Source of the DNA: Andalucia godoyi And28
Lineage: Eukaryota; Protista; Jakobida
DNA: 64,000 bases
NCBI GenBank assembly: GCA_009859145.1
Contig: VRVR01000001.1
Coordinates: 487,636-551,635 of the forward strand
Direction of reading: 5' to 3'
The notes beneath the pieces are model-generated. The model worked only from the letters and a program-made list of their open reading frames with translations, made no database searches and was not told the origin of the DNA. The translations under genes were made by a program, and so were the position numbers. Shown here one piece after another: positions 22,433-32,765 of this stretch. The first letter of the stretch is position 1, and every line of letters starts with the position of its first letter.

Positions 22433-23254
22433 CATCCCATGCCTACTCCAACCATCATTGCCCCAACAAAAATAAAAATAAAACACACAAGCTCGCTCAT
22501 ACCCTATCCCATTCCAAAATCCCCAGGTAAGTCGCCACGTCGTGAATGCCGGCTTGCAGGCTTTCCCATGTGTGTATGTGTATTACTATTACTACTACTT
22601 ATTGTTATTACTATTATGATTATGATTATAATTTTCTTTTCCATTTTTTTAAAATAAAATTTAAAAAAAAAAGGAAGAGAAACGAAGTAGGTGTGTGTTT
22701 TTGGTTTTCCTGATATAGATCCGCAAGACCCTTCCAATTCTCTGGAAATAATGCAAAAGCCATTAATGGAGAAAAAGAGGAAGCCTTTTCAAAAGAAGAA
22801 AAGAGCAGGTCTTGATGATCATCGTTGATCTAGGATGGTTATGACTCGAATACCTTCTCATTAGTAACCCAATCTCAGGTCATTACTGGCGTTTCTCTAC
22901 GAGAAAGAAAACACCAGCGAGAGGCAGTCTTAAGGACCATCCCAAAGAAGGGAGAAAAAGAGAAAAGAGAAAAGAGAAACAGAGAAACAGAGAAACAGAG
23001 AGAAAAGAGAAACAGAGAGAAAAGAGAAAGCGAGAAGAGCGACAATGAAATGAGAAAATGAGCATCAAGTGATGCCTCCTGCTGTAGATGAAAGATGCAG
23101 ACAGTAGCAATCCGATTTGAGATCGTTTTCATGACTTTCTTTCTTATGAAGATGATTCGAATGGTTTGTCAGCGACTTGGAAGACGTTTTAATTATATTT
23201 TCTAATTTTTTATGATTCAATTAACCAAGTTATTAACGAGGATAGTTTGAGGGG

Positions 23255-25174
23255 ATGGCGACGAGGCTGACTCCGCGATCAAAGTCTCCTGCGGTCGCAT
23301 CGTCTAAACCAAGTCCGAGCTCGTCAAAGCCAGTCCAATCTGCGCAGCCTGCTTCTTCAGTTTTGAAACAGTCTCCAAATTCGCACTCGGTAGCCTCGGC
23401 TGCTCCCGTAGCAACTCGCCCAAGGTCCAATTCTTCAGGAGGCCTTTCCACAAAGTCGACGGCCAAGCCAGCGACTCCAACGAAGGCTCCGTTCATTGCA
23501 ACTTCGAAACCACTCCCGACACATTCCACCGCTACCACTGCTACTGCCTCTGCGACTGCGACTGCGACTGCGACTGCAAAGGCAAGTGGGGATGTGGATG
23601 CTTCGTGGATATTCGTAATATCATCTTCGCGATACGAAGCATTTTCATCGCAATTGATGGGTCTTGTAACGAGAACTGGGTGCAGAGATGTCGAACTTGT
23701 GGATGTCGACCAGATGGTTTTCAACAAGTCGGGGCGGATTGTTCTGGAGAATGTGCCGATATGGAGCCATGTTCTGACAGACTCGTTTACGTTTGCAAGT
23801 GTGTTTATGAAGTCCCGACCGCTGATTCAAAACGTACGACGTGTTCATTTGATTGACGCGCAGTTTGGACCGATTGTGGACGCATATCACTTGATTTGCG
23901 AAAACGACACGCGGTTGCGAAAAGTCAGGGGACAGCTGATGGAGAAACAGGCCAAGGTCGAGACAGAAACCAGGAAGCGAATTTCCAAAGTCGTGGTTGA
24001 GAAGGTTGTCCAGGCGAAGAGAGCTGTGAGCAAAGAGATTTCGCGAGTCGTTTGCAATGAGCTGAAAGCGCTCAGCCTCAACAATCCCGTTCCGACGATA
24101 CGAAGCTTGTTTGTCGCAATCATGACTGTTCTGACTGGAAAACGTGGGCTCTCAAGTCTTGATCACCGATTTTCTCGGGCTTCTTTGGTTTCGATTGACG
24201 AATCCGCACTGCTGTCCAACTTGCGCCGAGCATTTCCGGATTTGTTCAAACCAACAGCCGCGGCAGAGTCGCTGTACATCCGGCTGCTGGGGTCCATGGA
24301 GCTTACTGGAGATCGAGTACTGCATGCAAATTATGCATGCGCTGTTCTCTATGACTGGGTTACCGCACTGATTGGATATGCGGAAGAAATCATACGAGAC
24401 GATGGTTTGCGAGCCACCGTCGAAGAATTCGAGCATGAAGCCGAAGTACTCGAGGAAGCCATGCCCGAGCAGGAGCGAATGGCCCTCATGATCGAAGACG
24501 TTAAAAGGCTGTCCATTTCAAGGACGTTCCACGAAGAAGCGCACGGAAAAGCTGTTTCCGAGTATGTGCTTGCACACGTGCTTTCTTGCGATCGGAAGCT
24601 AGATGCGATGCGAAAAAATCAAATCGGGAGGCAGTGGCAGCACAAAGTCTTCTCCAGCTTCAAGACGCTATCACAGCTGCGCATCGTTGTTCTTGGGGCA
24701 CAGGGTCATTTGGGAAAACATGTGTGCAACGCACTCTCTGCTCTGGGAGTCGGTTGTGGATCCGCAGGCGCCATGAAAACGTTTGGTGCAATATCGAAGG
24801 ACACCGATTTTGTGGTCAACTTGCTTCCGTGCACTCGTAGCTCTGTCGCGGATGCGAATGGGTCACTGGATTGTATCAAGGAGATGTTCCCGGAAAATGC
24901 AGCCTCGGACAGCCACAGACCCGTACTGATCAATGTTGGAGAGCTTCCGCTGTTCTCGCTGTGGCCAGACTATGTGTTTTCAAGCCGAGTCATTGACTGG
25001 TGCGATGTTCGGTCATTCGAGCTGGATTCGTCCGCAAAGTGGTGGAACGCTGCGGCGACAACGATTACCCCTCATTGTGCCTCTGCGGAGCCTACTGTTG
25101 AGCAGTTCATGGAGGTGTGGAATGGATTGGAGCACAATGATTCGCTCTTTCTTCAGTGGGACCGTGAATATTGA
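23255..25174 (+). CDS. GhrA-like D-2-hydroxyacid dehydrogenase fold with an inserted dynein-stalk-like (CC1-MTBD-CC2) module
   Basis: 2-HADH motifs AVSEYVLAHVL..DR, VLGAQGHLG, DFVVNLLPCT, VLINVG, ITPHCA and terminal WDREY. Insert motifs NELKAL..NPVPTIRSLFVAIMTVL and ANYACAVLYDWVTALIGY. Confidence 0.75.
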   Translation: MATRLTPRSKSPAVASSKPSPSSSKPVQSAQPASSVLKQSPNSHSVASAAPVATRPRSNSSGGLSTKSTAKPATPTKAPFIATSKPLPTHSTATTATASATATATATAKASGDVDASWIFVISSSRYEAFSSQLMGLVTRTGCRDVELVDVDQMVFNKSGRIVLENVPIWSHVLTDSFTFASVFMKSRPLIQNVRRVHLIDAQFGPIVDAYHLICENDTRLRKVRGQLMEKQAKVETETRKRISKVVVEKVVQAKRAVSKEISRVVCNELKALSLNNPVPTIRSLFVAIMTVLTGKRGLSSLDHRFSRASLVSIDESALLSNLRRAFPDLFKPTAAAESLYIRLLGSMELTGDRVLHANYACAVLYDWVTALIGYAEEIIRDDGLRATVEEFEHEAEVLEEAMPEQERMALMIEDVKRLSISRTFHEEAHGKAVSEYVLAHVLSCDRKLDAMRKNQIGRQWQHKVFSSFKTLSQLRIVVLGAQGHLGKHVCNALSALGVGCGSAGAMKTFGAISKDTDFVVNLLPCTRSSVADANGSLDCIKEMFPENAASDSHRPVLINVGELPLFSLWPDYVFSSRVIDWCDVRSFELDSSAKWWNAAATTITPHCASAEPTVEQFMEVWNGLEHNDSLFLQWDREY

Positions 25175-25303
25175 AAAGGCAGCACATCTTGCTCCTGGGC
25201 GCACGTTGTATTTTCAAAAATAAATGTAAATAATAATAATAATAATAATAATGGTATTCATATAGTACACAGTCAATCTTCACTGCCCAAGTTCAAATAA
25301 ATT

Positions 25304-28300
25304 TCATTCCGACGGCGCACTCTCTGAAACGTCCGAGTCCGAGAAAGCAGGACTCTGCAGCAGTTCAGCCGGAACCGGAAGCGCGAAAGACTTGGTTGGC
25401 GAAACGAAATGGCCTGGAGAATGGGGCCCCTGAAGGCGACAAATGTATTCGACAGCAAACTCACATGACGCAAAGAAATACTCCTGCTCGCCGTTAAAGT
25501 GAAACTGTCTACTTGAAAAGCGGCGAATGAACTCCACTTGTGAAACCATGTTTGCAACATCGCAGCCGGCGACAACTCGAATAAATATGGGCAAAAAGTC
25601 GTCAGAGGCCGCAATATGACCCGGAAGGGCCACATCCATGGAGGTGAATGCTTCCCGAGCAGCTTCCACGATACACGCCAGCTTTCCGGAAGGAGTAGCA
25701 AGAACATTGCCCGTTGACTGATCAGCAGATCCTTCATACAAAGAAAGCGACAGTTGATTGAGCTTTTCGATGGACTTGCTCAAATCCAAGTCGCATTCGT
25801 CGTAGAGGCCCAGTGGCTCTTCTTTCGCCCACTGTTGATGCAGCCGGAATTTTTCATCGTCCACACTGCGATCCGCGAGGAACCACAAGGAGTCAATCAC
25901 CTTTGAAGTAATAAGCCACTCAACAAGAGAGTAAACTTCTGCCTTTGAAAGCCCTGAGAGTGCCTTTTCATGTTGCTGCAAGGCCCAGTCGGAAAACTCT
26001 TCAATGAAATCAGGAACCATGATGGACGGGTCCTCGACAGCAACAGCAGGCGCATCCGCGGTGGAGCTGCGCCATTCTGAATTTCGATCAAACGCTGCTC
26101 CACGAAACGGGCTAACAAGGCCCATTTCAACAATCTCTGGCGCACCGTTTCCGGCTTCGGAGTCGAGAATTTCTACCACAGAGGCATCCAAACTCATTTC
26201 ATCCGATTTCGTCGCCGAAACGGTGCCATAATGAGGAATTACCTCTTCGGCGACATCCGACGGGCTCAGGAAGCCGTGCAGAGAATCAAACGACGATTCC
26301 AATATATACTCGGGCAACATTTCGACTACAATCTCTCCGCACAGTGCGGGCTTCGACAATCCAAACGCAGTCTGAATAGATTTGCGATACTTGCGAATGG
26401 GTTCGACGTCCCGAGAAAATTTGACAACAAAACTGGAAATGTGTCGGTGTTCTTGCGAAGCAGGATCCAAACATCGCTTCTCCAGCCAGAGCTTGACAAA
26501 TTGCAACCGCTCCTTCTCGAGCGCAAAGACAAACGACCCGTCATCCGTAGTCACGGTCTCGCCGTTGACCATCATCAACTGTCCCGATTTGATTGTCGTC
26601 GATCGATTTCGCAACTTGTGGAAGTCTTCCTTGGAGCAGCTACGTTGGTCTGCACGCATAGCCGGAGAGGCTCCTTGAATCGAGCTTCCACTGGACCCAA
26701 ACGAAGAGCTGGTCGCGGTAGAGGCCCTCCCCATCAGCTGCGCCGACATCTTGGCATAGTAGAGAGAAAATCGGTCCAATCGGCCAACTTGTTCGTGGAT
26801 GGAATGCGACAGCGATGCCAATGACAAGACCATCGTGTCCTTTGAAAATGACTCGATGAAATGAAGCCCCCAAGAGACAGCGGACAGCACTCGCGGATTT
26901 GCCGCGCTCTCATCGTTCTCTCGCAGAATCGAACACGGATCCTTGGAATCCAGAAAGTACAAATCAGCATCCACGGACAACTCCACGGAGCTGACGAGCT
27001 CGATTGCCAGCTCAAGCAATGAAGCATACTTCTTGTCGTATTGAAGTTCCAGATCTGCGCGAAGCCCACGTCGAACTTCAGAAAACGTCACCGCCTTCCC
27101 TCCAGAGTCCCTAAACGCCTCTGATTCCTGATCTTCCAGCAGCGCCTCTACGAAATGCGTGTTGGCGCAATTGCCTGCAGCCACAGACGCAGAAGACGCA
27201 ACACTCGGTGGCCGATCGAGATCCGACACCTTTTTTGACGATGATCGTTTACGCGGCAGCTGTGATTCTCTTTTGATGCCGCGATCATCAATAGACAGCT
27301 TGGCAGAAATCCGTTCCCACACAGCCCGTCTCAACTCGCCCAATTTTTCTTTCAAAGCCGTGTAGAAGGATTGAATTGTGTTGACGTGGTTCTGGACATG
27401 AATTTTCTTTTGCACCTGCAGCTGTCCCAGCATCAGCTGCATCGGAGCCAACCGGGGGTCTTTCAAGAGCACTCTACTTACAAAAGACTTTCGAAGCAGC
27501 TTTCTTGTAATACCGCGCAGGGGCGGTCCTGCAAAACATTGCAGCAGCTCATCCATAATCTCGGATTCCTGGATGAAACGGTCCCGCGTATGCTCCAATG
27601 TCCGGACATTGCTGCAGATCTGTGTTTCGAGTTGGATGTATTCATCATCGACTGCTTTTAGCTTGCCATACCACTCGTCCAGGAACATGAAAATGTCAGA
27701 AGAAAACGACGTGTAGTGTGGCATGGGCTGCGAAAAGGACTCCCGGGAGACGGAGGGCTTCATCAGCTTCGAAGCGACGGGAAGTCGCTCGACAGATACT
27801 AATCCACCCTGGTTCAATACATACTCCCTCATTATGGCTGTTTGGAGTGTAACAATCTGCGATTCGAGCATGTGGGATGCGTGCGCCGCAAACGACGGAT
27901 CCTTCTCTTCCGCCTGGATTTGGCTCAGTCGCAGCTTTGCCTGCAGCATATCTTTCAAAACTCCATCTTCTGCCGGTACTCGTGACAATGCATGTAGCAA
28001 TACGAACCGCGACTCTTGTGAATCTGCCTGCAGTGACAAGAAATGGTCCATTTCAAACTCGAACTGCGCGTAGCCACCGGCACCATTGCACAACGTTCGA
28101 AATGGAGGCGATGAAGCCGATGTAGAGGCCGTGGACGAAGAATTCAGATGGTCGTCCAGGTCAAGACACGATGCTGACAGTAATCCCAGCGACGGGAGCT
28201 GCTGGACGCCAGCCGATGGCGAAGGTGAGCACAGATCCAGCGCAAAGAGCCCCGATGACAGAGCATATCCCTCTCGGTCAAACACGAGCGACTGCCGTCG

Positions 28301-28618
28301 CATTGCATCCGATGCATGCTTCACAGCAGAGTACCATTCCTGTGCAGACTGCGAATCCAGTGCTTTGAAATCGAAATTGCGGCTCGGAGTCTCGATTCGC
28401 AGCGTTTGTTTTTCGGAAATGTACACAATTTTGCAATCGGTAGTGTTGAGATAGAACACTCGTGTAGGCTTCGATGCTGTCTTGGAATGATACTTTTCAA
28501 GCCGCGAAGGGTACAAGCGGAACCATCGTGGAGAAGGCTTTGATGCGTAAGCCTTTATCAATGTTCCTTCTTTTATAAGAAACTCTTGGTCCACGGACCA
28601 TGATCGCTTCCGTCCCAT
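25304..28618 (-). CDS. PH-domain and VPS9-domain Rab5-family GEF
   Basis: N-terminal PH domain (IKEGTLIK...RWFRL...FDFKA..SAQEWYSAV) and C-terminal VPS9 (PSGKLACI, ASDDFLPIFIRVV, GEQEYFF). First plausible ATG at 28618. Confidence 0.8.
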   Translation of the reverse strand: MGRKRSWSVDQEFLIKEGTLIKAYASKPSPRWFRLYPSRLEKYHSKTASKPTRVFYLNTTDCKIVYISEKQTLRIETPSRNFDFKALDSQSAQEWYSAVKHASDAMRRQSLVFDREGYALSSGLFALDLCSPSPSAGVQQLPSLGLLSASCLDLDDHLNSSSTASTSASSPPFRTLCNGAGGYAQFEFEMDHFLSLQADSQESRFVLLHALSRVPAEDGVLKDMLQAKLRLSQIQAEEKDPSFAAHASHMLESQIVTLQTAIMREYVLNQGGLVSVERLPVASKLMKPSVSRESFSQPMPHYTSFSSDIFMFLDEWYGKLKAVDDEYIQLETQICSNVRTLEHTRDRFIQESEIMDELLQCFAGPPLRGITRKLLRKSFVSRVLLKDPRLAPMQLMLGQLQVQKKIHVQNHVNTIQSFYTALKEKLGELRRAVWERISAKLSIDDRGIKRESQLPRKRSSSKKVSDLDRPPSVASSASVAAGNCANTHFVEALLEDQESEAFRDSGGKAVTFSEVRRGLRADLELQYDKKYASLLELAIELVSSVELSVDADLYFLDSKDPCSILRENDESAANPRVLSAVSWGLHFIESFSKDTMVLSLASLSHSIHEQVGRLDRFSLYYAKMSAQLMGRASTATSSSFGSSGSSIQGASPAMRADQRSCSKEDFHKLRNRSTTIKSGQLMMVNGETVTTDDGSFVFALEKERLQFVKLWLEKRCLDPASQEHRHISSFVVKFSRDVEPIRKYRKSIQTAFGLSKPALCGEIVVEMLPEYILESSFDSLHGFLSPSDVAEEVIPHYGTVSATKSDEMSLDASVVEILDSEAGNGAPEIVEMGLVSPFRGAAFDRNSEWRSSTADAPAVAVEDPSIMVPDFIEEFSDWALQQHEKALSGLSKAEVYSLVEWLITSKVIDSLWFLADRSVDDEKFRLHQQWAKEEPLGLYDECDLDLSKSIEKLNQLSLSLYEGSADQSTGNVLATPSGKLACIVEAAREAFTSMDVALPGHIAASDDFLPIFIRVVAGCDVANMVSQVEFIRRFSSRQFHFNGEQEYFFASCEFAVEYICRLQGPHSPGHFVSPTKSFALPVPAELLQSPAFSDSDVSESAPSE

Positions 28619-29192
28619 TCCAATATGAAGAAATCCTATCCTCTTTTTATTCCCTCTTCTCTTCTCTTCTCTTCTCTTTTCTTCTCTTCTCTTTTCTTTT
28701 CTTCTTCCTCCTTCTTTTCTTTCCCTAAGCCGCACCTGCTCCTTCTGGTCACCAATATAGTATTGCTATTACTGAAGTAGGAAAAGAGAAAAGGAAAAAG
28801 AGAAACAGAAAAATACTGATTTCCCTGCAAATCAAAAACTGAAATCACCGTAAAATAACAATAATTATAATAAAGCAACCATGATTTGATGCACAGAAAC
28901 TTGAGGTCCATTGGAAGTGGACGTGAGGCTGCATTTGTGTTTTCAGCATTATTTTTTTTTGGTATATTTTTCTACAGTAGTCAGACGGCGGTTGTCGGGC
29001 ATTTTCTGTTTCTCTCCGCAACTGTACAGCTAGCCAAGTCGTTGCGACCTTCTTCTCCTTTTGTATTAATATCTCGGATTTATTATTATTATTATTGTTA
29101 TTATTTCATTTTATGGTTGTCTTTTTATTACTCTCAATCTACGAAAAGGAGGAGACGGGTTCGTTCGAGGTGGAGGGGAGGAAAGAAAAAGA

Positions 29193-30524
29193 ATGAGCAT
29201 CCGGGCATTTGTTGCTGTTGCTGTTGTGATGGCGAGCATATCGGCCGTTATGGCGGTGACTCCTGCGTCGATTGTTTGTACACGAAATGCATTAGGCCAG
29301 TGCGCGCGCGGCTCGGTGCAAATTCCGGCATGGCTCGAGTCCACAATGAGGTTCCAGCGTGGGCTGACCCGCGAGATTCCGCTCAACGAGCTTGTTCTCC
29401 CGTCGACTCACAACAGCGCAATTACGTTTGCCGATGGTTACGGACTCTACCAAAGCGAGCTGAGCGACCTCACGCAGATTGCTTTTGGTCGCCAATACAA
29501 GGTCCAGATATCGAATCAGTGGGTTTCTCTGACGGACCAGCTTCGGATGGGAGTTCGGCATATTGAGCTGGATTCGCACTTTTACGACCATGCGCTGCGA
29601 ATCTGCCATGCGGGCGGAGTTCATCTGGAGAAGCTGGACGAGCTCATCGAGGAACTCAGCAAACTCTTCAAGATTCCGATTGACTGGGACTCCGAAACAC
29701 TCGGATGCTTCTCACAGCACTACAGAACGGTCCAGGATGCGATCCAGGAAGTTCGCGATTGGCAGCTTGAGAATCCAGGAGAGTTCGTCAGCTTGTACTT
29801 TGACGATCAGCAGGATCTCATTGAATGGGACAAGGTTCCGTTGGTCGTCGAGGCCATTCTTGGCGTGTTCAATCGATCCGAGTTGTTTACCCCAGATGAC
29901 AAGAGGGCGTTGTTTCCGACCCGCTGGCCCTCGATTGCAGAGCTGGAAGCTGCTGGAAAGACAGTTGTGTTTTCGTCCGGAAAGACTCTGGGCAACAGCA
30001 CGCAGAATCTGTGGTTCCAGCCGCCATGGTGGGTTGAGTTTGGTGATCAAACCGTGCAGCTTCCAAACGACTGCGGACCCGCTGGATTCACAGACAAGGC
30101 TGCGATCCCCCGGCGTCTCGTTACCGATGGCTTGGAATATGGACCGTTCTACAACGGCAGCGATGTCATCTCTCTGCCCAAGTATCAGTTGATTACGCGA
30201 TGCGGAATCAACTTCCCGAGTCTGGAGTTTGCAGAACCAGATCTCATGTACGGAAGTGTGTTTACGTGGGAAGAGGGTTTTGCACCCGTTCAAGGAGAAT
30301 GTGTGTTTCTGAATTCACAAACGGGCCGGTGGAGAACCCAGGCATGCACCGCTTCGGGACTGGTGTATGCATGTGAGGATGTGAATGACCGAATGAAGTG
30401 GACCACTGCATCGGCACCGAACGGCTGCCCCTCTGGATACCAGTTCTCCGTTCCGCGCGACGGTTTGCAGAATTTCGTCTTGTCACAAGCCGCTAAGAAT
30501 ACGTGGTTGAACTTGCAATTGTAA
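29193..30524 (+). CDS. Secreted PI-PLC X-box-like phosphodiesterase
   Basis: Signal peptide, LPSTHNSA, SLTDQLRMGVRHIELDSH and RICHAG, plus a Cys-rich C-terminal segment. Confidence 0.8.
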   Translation: MSIRAFVAVAVVMASISAVMAVTPASIVCTRNALGQCARGSVQIPAWLESTMRFQRGLTREIPLNELVLPSTHNSAITFADGYGLYQSELSDLTQIAFGRQYKVQISNQWVSLTDQLRMGVRHIELDSHFYDHALRICHAGGVHLEKLDELIEELSKLFKIPIDWDSETLGCFSQHYRTVQDAIQEVRDWQLENPGEFVSLYFDDQQDLIEWDKVPLVVEAILGVFNRSELFTPDDKRALFPTRWPSIAELEAAGKTVVFSSGKTLGNSTQNLWFQPPWWVEFGDQTVQLPNDCGPAGFTDKAAIPRRLVTDGLEYGPFYNGSDVISLPKYQLITRCGINFPSLEFAEPDLMYGSVFTWEEGFAPVQGECVFLNSQTGRWRTQACTASGLVYACEDVNDRMKWTTASAPNGCPSGYQFSVPRDGLQNFVLSQAAKNTWLNLQL

Positions 30525-30699
30525 ATAGAAGCATTTTATTTTATTTCTGTGGTTGTACCGGTAAAATGAATTCGCTGTTGGTTACTGCCAACGTGTCAGC
30601 AATCCCCACCCCCTTCGCAACCCATTTGAACCGCGGGTGGTCCGACGCTATGGGCGAAAGCAACGCTGCAAGAAAACTGGCGTGAGAAGAGTCCTATAA

Positions 30700-31216
30700 C
30701 CCTCCAACCCAAACGTCCTGCTGGAGAGCTGTGGATATCATCGGATAGTATGGCTGAAGGTGTGCAGGCCGAGGCCCCATGAGAGACACTGTCGAATACT
30801 GACAACCGATTCCTTGTAATCGAAGATTCCTCCGCCGCGGCCTCTCCGTCGCAGCCTCTCTCTCTGTGGCGCACTCCATTGCCAATCAACAGAATCAATA
30901 CAATACCCGCTCGATTGAAAACAGGGAATGGACAAGTGGATAAAAATGTGAAATGAGAAGCTCGTTGAAATCCCCAATTTTTTTTTTCTTGGCTCCCAGA
31001 GTCCAGATGGTTCTAACGAATGCACTAGTTGATCAAGTAGAGAGCTCTGACGAAACACAGGTTGTTTCTGTTTGGGGTGCGCAGACCGACGGATGTCCCA
31101 CCCAAAAGAGGAACTTCATGTTGATTGTAAAAGTCACTTTTGATACGCCAAAACAAAATCTGTCTGAGGCACAGCATGCGAGCCAAATGTTTGAAGAGGT
31201 TTTTTGGGTTGGAGGG
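30700..31216. mobile_element. Putative non-autonomous TIR element (MITE), 517 bp
   Basis: Perfect 14-bp TIRs CCCTCCAACCCAAA (30700-30713) and TTTGGGTTGGAGGG (31203-31216), with TAA on both flanks. No long internal ORF. Confidence 0.6.
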
Positions 31217-31812
31217 TAAATGCTCGCCCACATTGTACACTAACCACGGATAATCATCGTTGATCACCCATAATCAATGTTGCAACCCAACAACATGCGT
31301 AATGCAACGCGGCGGCGTGTTTATGGGGATTTCATGATCAAAATGGGGCGAAACGAATCGGGCATCGTGTGACGGAGTTGCTAAGATAACAGACCCATGC
31401 GCACGGCGCGCTGGCAGTGTTATTGTTTGCATGCACTTTAGATTGCTGCATCATACAGTATCGCAATAAGTGGCAGCGGTACCACCGTGTGACTTCAAGT
31501 AACGGTGTGGCTTTCGCGGTTTTTGCTCATACCGCTGATTTATGTGGAACTTCTACCACGGGCGCTGTCTGTTCAATGTTATAGAACCGTATAGTACTCC
31601 GAGCCCGGCGGGATTGCGAACGAATCCCAGCGATGAGCTCACGACGAACGGCATCCTTTTTCGTGTTTTTTTTTTGTATTCTTGTCCTTCGTCTCCGTTA
31701 AGAAACCTGAAATCTGTTCTTATTTCGTTTTTTCCCTCCTTAATTACATTTTTGTTGTGGATCGGAGGAGAAGTAACCCGTCTTGATTGCTGTACTGACC
31801 ATGATACACCGC

Positions 31813-32238
31813 ATGAGAGCTTCATTGTTCACGAACAACCTTCGTTCGGCCTCACGGATTCCGCCCTGCGGAACATTCGTCCGACAATTTCAATCCAGTC
31901 CGTCAGCTGCGGGCGTGGCTGCAGACAGGACAGAGCAGTTGGACAAACTCCAGAAGCCAGCACAAACAAGACCGAGTCCTTCTGAGGAGATTGTTCACGC
32001 TGAAATGAACCACGGCGGAAAAGACCCACAAGAAATGGTCGAATTCACCGTGAACCTGATCAAGAATGACCCAAGCTTTGGATCAGACGGGACTAATTAC
32101 GAAGACTTTATTCGCTACATTAACACGCCGGAACAACCGGAGATACAGAATGCGGATAATTCGCAGGACTGGTTGGAGGCGTTCAAAACAAGATTGCAAA
32201 GCGCCGTTGGCGCCTTTTCAAAGGGTTCACAGACATGA
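31813..32238 (+). CDS. Small protein with a mitochondrial-presequence-like N-terminus
   Basis: MRASLFTNNLRSASRIPPCGTFVRQFQS is Arg/Ser-rich with no acidic residues. AT-rich tract follows the stop. Confidence 0.6.
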   Translation: MRASLFTNNLRSASRIPPCGTFVRQFQSSPSAAGVAADRTEQLDKLQKPAQTRPSPSEEIVHAEMNHGGKDPQEMVEFTVNLIKNDPSFGSDGTNYEDFIRYINTPEQPEIQNADNSQDWLEAFKTRLQSAVGAFSKGSQT

Positions 32239-32765
32239 TACAGTCCCGCCGCCACCAAAGCAAAAAGCAAATAAATAAGTAAATCAAAGGAAGTGCTGGT
32301 ACGCAAGCCACATTTCGTTTTTTTTCTGCATTTGTTCCAGCTTGTTATCCCGATCACCGGAAATTTCAGACAATGCTGTTCCACTGGCCGTCATTCATTC
32401 ATGCCAGTCCATCGTGATTGCAGTATCCTCGTCCTGTCCGGCACATGTCTGGATCGAGATTGTAAAATGATGCGCGCCATATCTGTTGGAAGCAGAACGC
32501 TTCGGAGTACTGCGGCCCAGTCGCCATCTGAATGAAATTGAATTGACATTCGGTTCCGATGCAAGACTGGATATGGATGGATCAGCAACGATTCGCCCAT
32601 GCTGCGCGTGCAATGTAGATGAAATAACGCACAGACAAAAAAATAAATAAATAAAATAATAATAATGATAAAAATAAAAAATGAAGAACTGTACAAAATA
32701 ATAATAATACAAAAAAAAAAAAAAGATTCGTTAAACATGACCACGGACAGTGATGAATCTATGCC

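Noticed and set aside
31025-31267. 80-aa minus ORF with NLCFVRAL, faintly like a Polinton PolB motif
   Set aside because: Too short, crosses the MITE terminus and shows no other polymerase motifs.
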